Assembly: GCF_000150275.1 (NCBI RefSeq) | Contig: NW_002060944.1 | Location: 7,950,735-8,014,734 of the forward strand | Direction of reading: 5' to 3' | DNA from: Trichoplax adhaerens | Taxonomy: Eukaryota; Animalia; Placozoa | Length of the DNA: 64,000 nt | Shown: positions 1 to 13,515 of the stretch, in pieces | How the letters are laid out: every line of letters begins with the position of its first letter | Numbering within the stretch: the first letter of the stretch is position 1 | Position numbers and translations under genes: made by a program | Notes under the pieces: model-generated | Told to the model about the DNA's origin: nothing | What the model saw: only the letters and a program-made list of their open reading frames with translations | The model's database searches: none

Positions 1-1750
1 TTAGACATTCGTCATAATTAAATTGGTCTTCCTCTGCGCGATATTTAAAACGAAGAATGGCACTAGCAGATTCACTAGCTTCAGTCCACTCATTTTGTAT
101 TGGGTTATACGTATGACAATGACGACGTCTACACGAATTCCAAATATAATTTAAACATCCGTCGTAAACTGTTAATACATGAGAGTCAGGAAATTCTGAA
201 AATGGTATGCTCCAATTTAATAATTCCCACGTATCAGTGCTAGGGTTATATCTTTCAAAGCTCCTAACTTTCCATTTATTATTCTGGCCTCCGCCTACAT
301 AAATTAAATTATCTAAAACAGCAACCACGCTATCATTTCTGGCAACATTCATCGGAGAAACATAAACCCAGTGATCACTACCACTCTCCAGATAGGCTAC
401 CTCATTAGTCGCAGTTGATGAATTTTCGTGGCTACCGCCAATAATATATAAGCGATTATCACATAGACAAGGCGATAACAGTGCAATGGGTTTAGGAAGT
501 GGCGCCAAATCCGCGTTACTCCATCGAACTTTGCAAGTATCGAAGGCTATGATACTACGCAATATATCTACATTATCTAGAAATAGAGTAATTCATTTTA
601 TTTTCTCTAAAGACATAAAATTGATAATCATGTTATGTCAACGTAACATTAATATTTCAAAATAACGATTAATAGACGGTAAGTATTGCCCTTAAGCGAG
701 AGAATAGCAGTTTAAAAATATGAATAGTTCCTGCATTTTATTTACCTTTAGTAATTCCACCAAACACAAGGATTTTATGACCTATTGCTAAGGCGCCATA
801 ACTACTTCTATTTGGTGATTCTACGTTGAAATGAGTCTTTTTGTAATCAAATGAGTTATTTTGGGTTTTTAATTTAATATCTATAATGCAATCCTTTCCT
901 GAACTAAACCTGGATATCCATACAGATTCTCCGTCTTTGGTATAGTTTCGAAATTGGCAACGACTAGAAAAATGTCTTTCAGGTGACGATAGAAATGATT
1001 TGGCTTCAAGCAGGAGCTGAAGACAGCGTGAAGAGTTAAATATTNNNNNNNNNNNNNNNNNNNNNNNNNNNNNNNNNNNNNNNNNNNNNNNNNNAATATT
1101 TTCCATAAGTCACGAAGTGTGTCTTCTCCACAAATGGATTCGTTACAATTATACCAAGTGTCTAGTATGTGCAACAATTCTATTTCGTGGCTAATTCTTA
1201 TATCATCTGATTGTAGGCATCTCTTTAATACTGAGATTGGAATATGCCCAATGTCACTTTGCTTTATTCTGCCAAAGTTGAGTAACAAAAATTGAAAAAT
1301 TTTTTCGCTCAAGTTCGTAAAAAGATACGTATCAGCAAAGATAGATAAGTTTACAACATTTTTGGTATTAATACTCTCGGATAAAAATGAGTAACATTTG
1401 TCAACGACATCCATAATATTAAGCATGGATGCAGTTATTGCCAATATCTGAACATTTTTCTCAGTGATCTTCAAATCTACTCCATAAAAATAGTGAATAA
1501 TGTCAGCGAAAACATCCTCGTTCAGTTCTTTTAACTCGATGATATTTTGCTGAGATTCTGCCATTTCATTTACGAACATTGCTTGAAAGTAAGAGCTAAA
1601 CGATGCTAGCACGAAGCGATGGCAATGAAATTGAGCGTCATTGATCTTGATAATAACATCGGAAAAAATTTTATCTTGAAATAATTGAAAACTCGACTGG
1701 GGTAATCTTCCTTTGATAGTTAATTCCGGCATGATTGATGTAGAGCTCAT
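1..1750 (-). CDS. Kelch-like BTB-BACK-Kelch protein (paralog 1), 3'-partial; exons 1750-746 and 576-<1
   Basis: BTB (FSDVIIKIN...HCHRFVLASFSSYFQAMF), BACK, then kelch repeats (GHKILVFGG, DNRLYIIGG, DNLIYVGGG...ERYNPSTDTW). Phase-1 GT-AG intron 745-577. The frame stays open to base 1. N gap at 1045-1094 and an apparent 1-nt frameshift at ~1105. Confidence 0.88.
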
Positions 1751-3289
1751 GTAATAATTATGATTATTATTTACTACTTTTGTTCGTCAGCTATGCCTAA
1801 CGTACCTGGACCTAGCGATAGAACGAGAGAAATCCTTCTACCCGATGGTGATGCACCTTATATGAAAGTCCAGAAAGAACAGCACGGAATAGTATAAGCT
1901 AATTAGTAAAATATTTATCTTGAGTGTATCTGCTAGTACATTAGTGATACTTCCATAGTAATTCTTAGCAATAATACAGTTCTTGACTGATTAATAACAA
2001 CCTGTCTCAACTGTATTATTAATAGGAGTTGCTAAAGGCAAAGTTAATCGTTTTGACCGGACGGATAGAAGTCGTTCTATTAAAGGTTATATGGCATCGG
2101 CATTCGTTAGTGTAAGTGTACGAATATATGTATTGTCTTAATGCATTAATTATATCTTAAGATTGATAAATGGATCAAATAAGCCAAAGTGCCATATCGG
2201 ACTAATCGTGAATTACTTATGCTACTTTCCACCTAAGTCAATTAAAATTCAACCATGACCGGTTATTATCCATAATAAATCTCAAGTACCAAAGATCAAG
2301 CTAAATACTGTTTAATAAAGTAATATTAGCAGCATGGATATATTCTTCTTGGAAATCAACTGCATTACAGTAAAAATCAGCGTTTAATAACAAAATAAAT
2401 TTAATAACAAAATAAATTGACTACAATATTAGAGTAATTTATATTGTATTACGGTAGTTTTGTATATCTAAATCCGTTAATTAATTATCTTTCAATCATC
2501 GTCTGTAGAATGCTAGCATGATAACAACAGTTCGAAATATCAACCCATGCGAAAATATAGTCTCAAGAACAAATAAGCTTTACTAAACTGTAGCTAATTT
2601 AAGGTGTAATGTACCATAAAGTATCATTAATTATCAGTAATATTTCGTATATTTATTGTGGACATAATATTAAAATCGGTTAATAAGAAGTGTGTGTGTT
2701 TAAGGAAATATCTTGACCTTATTTCGGCACGTTTGGACCTAAGCGACCCAAGACTGCATAAAAAAATGCCATAACTATTTACATCGTTCGAATAAACTGA
2801 TCTTCTAGTGCTTTTAATTATTTCGTAATGAACTGTAGAAAACAAATAATTACGCTAATAGAAGCTGTTCTAATTAATGTTGAAACCAACAATTCTTTTT
2901 GCGGGTGCTTGTAAATCAAAGTAGCTTACTTCTTTATTCATGATGCGTTCAATTGATTATTACGTAATGAGCTGTAGAAAATAATTAATTAGAAAAAAGG
3001 CAGAAATTACAACATTCGAAATACATGCACATTGTCATAAATTTCACTCCAGAAATCATTTACCCTTCCTCTTCTGTAATATTGTATTTAGATAGATTTT
3101 ATCATTTTCTGAGGTTATGATTTTATTCTTTTACTCATGTATTTCATCCATGATCATTTCTCCATGGTTTTGATCTCAGTTCAATCAACAGGAATAAACA
3201 ACGCCGAAATTTTATCAATGCAATTCGGTAATATTATTTAATGCAATGATAAATATCTTTTGAATATCAATGTAGTGTATAAGCGATTT

Positions 3290-3850
3290 ATGATATCAAC
3301 GTTTATCGATTGATTTTTACACTGACTACCATGGGTACTGCATACAGATTTATCTTGATTCTTAAAATATCAGTAATCTATTATCGTGCGAGAGTAATTG
3401 TCTCAAGGATGAATAGAACATCGTTTAAGAAGAACCTAATTTAAAGTTTAACGTAATAATATCTGCCTTTAAAATTAAATGAACTTAAAATAGGTACAAT
3501 ATACGCTACAGAGTTTATCATAAGTTTACTTTAAATTCATTGGTTTAATTTCGAAAACGACAACGACTAGAAAATGCTTTTCAGGTAATGAAGCAAAAGA
3601 TATAGCTTCTTGCACGTACTGAGCACAAGGAGAAATATTAAAAAGTTTAGTCTTAGACTTATGTGCAGTTAGTTCCAGCACTGGCATAATAGACAAACGA
3701 ATATTTTTCAGCAGATCTTCAACTGTGTCATCTGTGCAAGTGGATTCATTATAATTATACCAAATATCTAGTATATGCAACGATTCTATTTCGTGATTAA
3801 TGTTTAAATCATCTGATTGTAGACATTTCTTTAGTACTGAAAATGGAATT
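3290..3850 (-). pseudogene. Kelch-like pseudogene fragment (BACK domain remnant)
   Basis: IPFSVLKKCLQSDDLNINHEIESLHILDIWYNYNES...LPEKHF closely matches paralog 1. It is preceded by an in-frame TGA with no BTB. There is a 1-nt deletion after CAT TTT and a TAT>TAA change. Weak homology resumes at ~3360 after a ~180-bp insert. Confidence 0.8.
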
Positions 3851-4840
3851 CACTGCACTGAATACAAGAATGTTAAACGAGGTGTATAAATTGATGTTTG
3901 TAATCATAGCTCGATCAATAATGTCTAATGTCATTGTTTCAGGACTTGATCTTTGAAGTTGCAATTGATATAAACCGAAAATTAGCAAGTTTATTCATAA
4001 TAATTATAATAAAATTTAACAAGACCTATGTAACATTACACGAGAGCGATCATGGTATTGCCTGATCATTGTAGTCATCTCTAAAATGGAACTTTTAGGC
4101 AGAAATAAATAATTCCTTTCTAATCGATATAATTGAAATACTACAGTAGTATGTGATTTTGAAATTACTTTGATGATAGTACGACTGTATCATGCTGTTC
4201 ATTTATGTAGAGTAAAAAGCATCAACTAAACTGTCATTATAAAAAACTATTAAAACAGTATACAGTATTTCAGTCTACTGTACTGCTATTATGAGAAAGT
4301 GCTATAGAACGATGAGAAATTGTTCAGTATATGAACAGTAGGTATAGATATCGATAGCTCAATGATGCACAGTGGTCGACCTATACACATATAGTAGGAT
4401 TAACTAAATACCGTAGTATGAAAGTGTAATAATTTAGCTTTATTTTGCTAAGATACACTAAGGTTGGTGACACTTTGAACCAAGATAGAGTTAGGTTCTA
4501 ATTGTTGATTATATCTGTTTTAGGGTACCATTATGCCACTAATCGTCGACATTATACAGTCTCAATTAAGGCATAGTCATAAATATGTCAAATCGTTCTT
4601 ATTATTAAAGTATTATGAAGTACATATCCCAATTGGCATCATCAGTATCGAAAGAAGATAAAATAATAAAGGTTCATATACATAAGGCTTTAAAATTATT
4701 ATCCACAGACGCTACAGCTAAAACTAGTAAAGGATTATTTTAGCAATCTACAATAAGTAAACTATGGTCCAATATTTTGTACTCCTACATTGCTATCTTT
4801 ATAACGCAATTTAAAACTTGTTAAAGAAAATATGCAGCTA

Positions 4841-5471
4841 TGTCACAAAACAGCTTTGCAACAAGATAACGCAATATACGATCAATAAGTCAATTCCTTG
4901 AACCACGTATCAAGGAACGATATCTGCACTATCACAAACACTTTTGCTCTACTAGCAGACTACACAAAGACTTAAACGCCTCGTATTTTACGTTAAACAC
5001 TAAGTTGGACAATTCTTCTTTATTTCACGATATACTGCATTTATATACTATTCCTCAATAGTTCATGAGTCATAGTTAATACAATTAACATTAGAATCAT
5101 TTACTGAATTAGATATTAATTTTAGCTACTGCTCCCTTAATGCAGACAACAGAATTTATGAACATAGACATATAATGACTAATACAGAATAGTCAGATTA
5201 CGATATGTCCTATCACGGAACATTTCCATGATAATTTACAGTCTACCATAAGTAAATTACAATCACAATGATTCGAACTGTAAGCAGATGATTTGCATTC
5301 CCTATTATAACTATTAATTTCAGTATGTGTATAAGTGTCACTGTCATAAAAAGTCAGTGCTATATTAAAATACAGTATATCCAAATTAGAAGTTAACTAA
5401 ATAAGGATAGTCTAACAGAATTATCCTAACATAGTTATTTCTACTGTAATACAGTATTTAACACTGTAACA
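4841..5471. mobile_element. Solo LTR (631 bp) with 5-bp target-site duplication
   Basis: Begins TGTCACA and ends TGTAACA (TG...CA, 6/7 terminal inverted match). Flanked by AGCTA at 4836-4840 and 5472-5476. Its last 199 bp recur at 56733-56931 and homology stops exactly at the CA end. Confidence 0.8.
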
Positions 5472-6650
5472 AGCTAATACTAAAGATTAGTGCCTAAATT
5501 TTGAATTGCAAATCTAGGTGGACCATTCTCGTATTTCATTACTATTATATGGATTGGTTTTAGAGATCGTAGATATGAAGATTAGCTTCATGCAAATATT
5601 ACTCGTATCTTTACAAATATCTTTATTAAGTAAAATAAAATCGGTCTTGCATGGTAGAATATCTTTGGTGGATCTTAAGTAGAGACTCTGCTAATACATC
5701 AATTACAAGACACTAGCGCTCTAAGATAGAATATATATTTGTTATTAGAGTATGATTATTATTACTGAGCAAGGACCTGAAGTCACACCGTATGCAATCA
5801 AATACAAAGACTGGCAGAATATTATGTACAGTTATTAATAATAACAGTTTAAAGTTGTGAATGAATTACTAAGTTGTAGTTGACTCATGTTTAATAATGT
5901 AGTATGCCATCGTTTTCTTCAAGATATTATGAAACGACGGCGAATTTTTTAAAGCATTTCGGTTATATATCTTCGGATAGATATAACATGCGACGTATTT
6001 ACGTCCGTTATAATATACCACTTCATTTTTGTTCAATGCTAAAGAAATTGGTATCGATTACGTAATATAGAATATGTATTATTTTTGCTTAAATAAGTAA
6101 TAGAAGTTTAATTGCTTAAATCTATGATATATAGCTCTTAAAGTAAATTAGCATCAAGAAAATAAAAATATATTAATAATGTTGATAAAATACTACAATC
6201 AATAAACCTATAGAGGATGATTTTTACCATGATACGAGTTCTATTATGCAGTGATAAAATATAAATTATCTTAATGGAAAGCGCTAAGGATGCTAAGACT
6301 GTAATAACAAAGCTCAGTAGCATGATTGTAGAATAATGGAGCTGATTATGCTATGGTTAAAATAAATACAGCTTTTATATGTTCTATTTTAGTTTATCTT
6401 CTGACGTTACGTTATTTTTAATGCTTCTGCTAATGATCCTAAAAATGATTTCTCCTTGTATTAACCTTTAGAATATTCTTCCATATTCCTTCCTACGTTA
6501 TAGCATCTTCCAGAGTTATTTTGCCACTTAATGCAATTTTGTGATCTCTCTTGTCCTATTTATAGCTATCTGCAGCTAATAGATAGAGTGATATTATCAC
6601 GAAGACCTATAGCTTCCTCTATAGCGATAGCTAATCCAGTAACTGATATT

Positions 6651-8448
6651 TCAACATGGTGGTAACTGAAATGTCCTAACATCATCATTAGTGGAGCGTA
6701 TGCAACCGCCCGAAACCCAACAATCGAACAAATTGCCGGTAAATGTTAAGTCAAATCGAACCTTCTCCCATGTATCTTCATCAGCGTTGTAGCGCTCACA
6801 GCAATTACCACGCTCATTATATCCGTACAAATAGATATACCCCTTGAAGATAATTAATCGATTTGTCTGATAATATTCGTTTGTATTAGCAACTGATGTC
6901 CACTCGTCATTTCTTGGATCATACCTCTCAGCGGTTTTTAGCTTAATACCAGATTGATCTTTACCTCTAAAATTACCCAAGGCAATCATTTCGCAATGGC
7001 ATCTTGATGTTATCATGGGTGCTGCAGATAACCACTGATTGGATTTGCAATACCAATATGCAACCTGATTTGTAGCTGCCTTGCCTCCGTTTTCGGTGCT
7101 AATTTCGCCACCGGCAATGTACAATCTGTCATCATATTGGCAAATACTTAACGCTGCAATTGGCTGTGGAAGATCAGGTATATTTGATTTGCTCCAACAT
7201 TTCTTATAGCAATCGAAACAAATTGTACTGGACAAGGCTTCCCGGGTAAAACCTAATGAAGATAAAGGGTAAGGTATATGATCAGAAAGATACCAGTGAC
7301 ATGGTAAGGCAAAGACTATGCCAATAGTTATGAATTTTTGCTAATGTAATCCCAACTTATAAATTGGATATCTTAGTTAAAATTGTTTTTTAAGCTAATG
7401 TGATCCCTATTAGTAAATTGGATTTCTTTGTCAAAATTACATTTTAAGCTAGTGAATTTGAAATCTTACTTGATCCATAACCTCCGACCGCATAGATCTT
7501 ATGGCCTATCGCGATAGCTGCATAACTACTACGACGGGAAGCTTGAATTGCACCTCCAGCATCATGATTATAATAACTATCTAACTTAACCGAGATGGCT
7601 CTTGTTCCTCCACCACCAATGGCAGCACAAATATTGCTATCCGCACATTGGCGTACTTTGGTTCGTGATGAGAAAAATCGCTCGGGTAAATAATGGAAAT
7701 TTTTCGCTTCCAGAAGCATTTGAAAACAGGGTAGGCTTTCTTTTAACAATGTTTCTTTCTCTTCGAAATCAATTAATTGCTCGACTGGGATCATTGCTAG
7801 GCGTACATGGCTAAGCAAACCAACCAGATGATCTTTCCTAATGGATGGATCCAGTTCGACCCATTTCTTCAATGTATTCAGCACTGTCAGTTCATTTTTA
7901 ACAGCTAATCGTTCTGAAGGTAAAATTTTATTAAGCAAAGGGTAAGGTATCTCATAAAAGGTATCATAGCCGGTGCATTTCTCAAAATAGTCCAAAATGT
8001 AATTATTTGCAATTTGGGTTAATGGATGAAAGTTATATAGCTCAGCAAAGATTAATATTTGCACGCAATTGGTGTAGCTTAAACTATCGGCCAGGAATGT
8101 ACAGCAGTAATCGACGATTTCGGATACGTTGAACATAGATGATGTGATGGCGATATTTTGTACGTTTTCACTGGTAATTTTTAGACTTCCACCGTAGAAA
8201 TAATCGATAATGCTAGTCATGGTTTTACCATCAACATGTCTTAGCTCAATCTTGCGTTGTTGTGATTCTGCCATGCCATTTGTAAACATAGCACGAAAGT
8301 AATCGCTAAAAGCAGCCAGGATGAATCGATGGCAATGCAATACGGTATCATTAGTGTGGATTGTAACATCAGAGAAGGTGCCTTCTGCGTATAATTCCAA
8401 AAAGGCTGAAGGAATTTTAGCTTGAATGATTACTTCACCGTCTTCCAT
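6651..8448 (-). CDS. Kelch-like BTB-BACK-Kelch protein (paralog 2), ~526 aa; exons 8448-7470 and 7252-6651
   Basis: BTB (FSDVTIH...HCHRFILAAFSDYFRAMFTNGMAES), BACK, kelch repeats (KIYAVGG, RLYIAGG, ERYDPRNDEW). Phase-1 GT-AG intron at the same position as in paralog 1. Confidence 0.92.
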
Positions 8449-11400
8449 GGCGTCAGAATTGGTTCCAATTTGGATGAGAGTAATCGATTCTCGATGTACA
8501 GTATATCGACGACTTCCAGACTATATCTATTTGCAAACAAAATTGAATGCATAATTATTGATTTTATTAGATGGAAAGCGAAATGATGAGATAATACTAG
8601 GGGTAATTAGTTTAATAAATGATCGAGAAGCAAAATCATTCCGGTAAACGAGCTCGTATTATATTGGTACCTTGCTCGCATAAATATCTCTACTTACAGT
8701 CTTTCTCGCATGTCTATATTAGCTATTCTGTTCAATAATGTATCCTATCGTTGTCAACCCAGCTTTTAAGGTAAAATTAAAGTTATCTATCTTATATTGA
8801 ACTTATCCTCTTCAATATTTACAGCACCCCGAGTTACCTGAAAGCCATAATCACAGGATTACAGTACACAATGAAATCTAAACCCAGCAAATACTAAGTT
8901 ACCAGCATGTTTTCCATCGAAAGCAGGGAACTTTCGTATAAAATGTCACTTGTGACAGTTATTTAATATCTTTATCATTTACAATCATTTATTTTAAGTA
9001 TTAGGTTTATACCATACTATACTACTTTCTATAAGCGTACTCTTCAATTCTAATTCATTTTAACAAGTGCAAATACAGTAATAGTATTTTATTTTGTATT
9101 TTAATTGCTGCTATTAGTATTATGTGCCCAAATTGTCTTTACGATATTATGTAATGCTTATACTCGTATCAAGATATCCGGCTGTCTGGCAGAATAAATC
9201 AAAGTTAAGAGACTTGCGAAAATTATTTAATAATAGTGTGTTTTGTAGATACTATTTATGTTGATAACTAAGATTACGCCCAAATTTAATATCTTGTATT
9301 TTCGTAACGTAGACGAAAATAGCAGAAAAGATTAATCTAATACCTACTAACCACAATTATTTACTGACAAATTGCGTTATCAAAGGGTCGAGCGTATGAC
9401 TCATTTAAATCTAGCACTCTAGACTTGTTTCTAAGGAGACATACCACCACATCGTTAAACCTATGGCGTAATATAGCTAGCGATTTATAGAAGAGAGGAT
9501 ATAACGGACCATTACAGTTATTGAAAATATGAGCGGTATCTGAAAGCTATTTCATGATATAAGAATATGAAGTTTTAAGGTTTGTAATACATAAATCAAT
9601 CATAGAAGCGTTCAGATTACAAAAGCGATTGATAAATGTCTATTTTCTGCGTAGCATTGTAGAATCAGGCTGTGTTGAAGATGCTGTAACTAAAATTTAG
9701 TTTACCCAGCTTGGTAAATTTTGTACGATTAATAGCTTGTGATAAGTATCTCTGTCGCTATATCGAATATTTTGCTTTAGATAGACCAGATAATGAAGTG
9801 ATTTTATACTTGTCTACGGTTTGATAGCGTAAACCCTTAATGAAACCTTAAATGCAGCACAAACTGTTTAATCGTAGCTGACTGCTTTAAGTCATGTGAA
9901 TGTTACAATGTGACATTACAATTAAATAAAGAATTTAAAGTATTTTTTCTGGTTTAAACCGTCTGTTTGACTCTTAAGATATTAGTAATACTAGGGCAAA
10001 AAAATATTAGAATTAGCAACGATAAATTGTCCATAATAAAGCAAAAGGGCCTTTTTAAAAGATATCGTTCATATAAACTTTAAATCGTAGCCTGTTGGTA
10101 ATTACATTCAAGGTGTGGATTAATAGCAACATTAAACCTAAGTTTTAAGAATGTTACGATGCCAGCAATTTGATTACGTTCTAAGAATAAAGCTAGGGAG
10201 CAAGTCTAAATTAAATTTATAATACACTAGACTATCTTGATGATCATGGGACGGCAACAAAATGTATATTATCCCCAAGGATATATATAACATAAGGTAT
10301 AATTATTCTAAGATTTTGTTCGTCGTCGCTATTGTAATCAGACTACAAAATTCTTACTTTGTTGTGTCCCAACGTAATATTAAATTTATTCGACAACAGA
10401 TATTTGTAAATCTAACCTCTTACTTGCATCTAATTACATTTTACTTTAATATTTAATTTAATAGATGTCACAACGTTATAAATTAATTAGTAAAAGTTTG
10501 CTATCGTTATGATTATAATAATTTAGAAGGATAAGAACAGATATACTATTAGACATACCTTGGACGAAACGGAGATAAAATTGTAAGCTATGATGATATT
10601 TGAGATCGACGAATTTGAATACTGAGTTGTTGACTATTTAATAATTACGATTTATACTCTATCCTAGCTACGAATGATGTAAAAAATAAAAATTAATCTC
10701 TAATGATTAAACAACAAGAAAAGCTTACTGATTATGATTCGTAATCTAATGTAACAATAAAATCAATACAATAGTTACTGCAGCATTTATTGGCTACTAT
10801 TTCTGAATGAAGGAATTGTTTCCATCAATTTTAATTGATCGTTATTATTCTCTTTTTCTTATTCATTGTTTTCATCATTTATTAATTAGATTGCTTTGAA
10901 AGCAATTCTGATTTTGCTTTATTTTATCATCATTATTTTACAATACTATATAATATATAATGTTTCTATCAATAGTGAGCGTAGATAGATTGCAAGTTTT
11001 ACCAATCCAATTTAGCACTGCCCTGTCTGTCTTTGATAGCAGTATAATATAGCAGTGTTAGACTAGTTTCACTCATAAATATGATTTTTATCTTTTATGA
11101 TGATATCTAATATCGATAATTTAGATGTTACATACTTATAATTTTAGGTGTATTTTTATTTTAACTTTATGTAATTATTATGATTTTATTCATATCTTTC
11201 TATTTATAAGATTGATCATGCTTGTATCAAATTAAAGTAGTAAAGTGGATAGAATAGAAAGACCTGCATCATTAATCGTCAATAAGAACTTTCTAAACAA
11301 GAATTGAAAGAGTGGAATGTCTACGTGGAACAGGCAGTTAAAAATGAAGCCACTTTATTGATAAACATATTTGTCGTTATTCTACTTAAGTATGTGATTT

Positions 11401-13515
11401 CACAGGCTATAACAGTAATAACAAGATTTTGTCTCTAAGGCACTTATTGAATCATGAATGTCTAAAAACAAGTTATCACCTTCATCTGAACAAAGAATTT
11501 GAAATATCGAACGTGACTTATTGTAGTGAATGATCGATTACTAAATAGTATTTGACTGTAATTAATCATTTTTTTTATGTACGAGTATATTTTTTCTCTA
11601 GTATTCTGTCAAATTTACAATAACATGACTACAAGTACATTCAGATATTAAAAAGGAAATAAGTGTGTATTAAGAGGATCAATGAAATATGATTAAGTGA
11701 TCGAAATATAACATAAAATTCCCTTAAAATTTTGCGATTCCATGAAATTCTTTCATCAGAAGTTGGTTTATTTATATTCAATTTGTGAAGACTGAAATTA
11801 GTGCAACATTACTGCTATTCCACAAAGAATTTACTAACAGTTATAAAGTTGATCATACTGAGACTATTTCATTTCAATTAATGCTGAATACAGTTAAAAT
11901 CATATATACCAGTAGTACATGCTATTATTCCATAAAAATTTAATATCGAATATTATTTATTAATTCGAATAATATTGTTATCAAATCACGCTATGAGTTA
12001 TAGTGAAATAGTCCTAACTATGTAATATATGCAAACATATTTAATATATTTAATGTACAGCGGGGTATGCGGATTCGGCAGGTTAATACTTAAAAATGTC
12101 GCCGCAAGACAATAACCGTGATAGACTTGAAGTATTTCATAACTAAAGTGGTATCGTACATAAAATGAAATGAATTTTAATGAGATATCCGAAAATTAAA
12201 TCTTAAGTCTGTACCAATATAAAACGCCAGCAGAAGTTTCTTTCAATGACAGATGCTATGTGCAAGTTGCTAGTAAGACAGCGACACAACCCTGTACTCA
12301 CCTTTAGCTGTAGCGAATCCATTTAACCAGTTAATTCCTACTTATCTATTATAAATGAATAGCCTAAACCGTTTCCTGTATTGCAACATATACAAATCTA
12401 TCTAAGACGGTATCATTTTTATTAAAGTATTATTTATTTCGCAAGCATAAGTTCACATATCATCAAAGCCTACTTACACACTAAAATGCCATATCGTACA
12501 TAACAAACTGGATTGCTATAAAATCACCAAAGAATTTGCAACTTCTCTTTACAAAGTTATTACAACTAATATAGTTGCAGTAACAAAGACTATGAGCAGC
12601 GCTAAAACAAAGTGTCAGTACGAATTATAGAGGTTACTACAAATTTTACTTTTATGGATATGATCAGCCAATAATTTAATTTATACTTTTACGATTATAA
12701 TTTCAGATTTCAGACGGCAGTCTTGACATTTTAATCTCTAAATAGTAATTATTATTACAATCTTATGGCTTGTTTATACTATAATAAAACGATCTAATTA
12801 CGAACTATTGCAACTTCAGAGTTATTAAGAGTTTCCTCGTGCAAACGATGTAGTTTATTAGATACAATCAAGATTCCTTGGCTAAATAATAATAGTAGAA
12901 TCAACTTTAATGTGCCAACGGCCACTTAAGTATACAAGATAACAGTAAAATGTGGACATAATATTTATTTTGAATGTGTATTTTAATAAATGCTGTTGAC
13001 TTTAAAAATTTATTTGTCTTACGCATATTTTAAGTTATTCGAGATACTCAAAAGTTTTCTGGAAAAAAATACTTGTTGCAGTGGAGATAATAAGGTGTTA
13101 CCCCAAATATCAATTCATATCAGATATACGAATATTTTCAAGATTAGCACAGTTGGTAGCATAACTCAACCGCAATGTGCTATAATAAACCATCATAGGT
13201 TGATAATAAAGTAACGCACAATTGGTGAAAGCAGAGTGTCTGAAATCCCTTAGTATTGATTCATATCAAAAGCTGTGTAAAGTTCGTAATGATTCTAGTA
13301 TATGCATAAGATATACTTTGTTCACGATCTATAAGAAAGTAAATTTATATACAGTACTGGTATGATTTCAATGTTTAAAATCTCAGGAAATTAGAGGACT
13401 AGCAGTAATATCACAATTCACTTTGGATTAGTACAAAGTCTTTAATTATAATCAGAGCAATCGCTCACAATCCAAACGGCAATCAACATTATCACGTCCC
13501 AATTATAGTTTGCAT

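Noticed and set aside
6138-6323. Hydrophobic 61-aa ORF resembling GPCR TM1-TM2
   Set aside because: No diagnostic residues; explainable by AT-richness.
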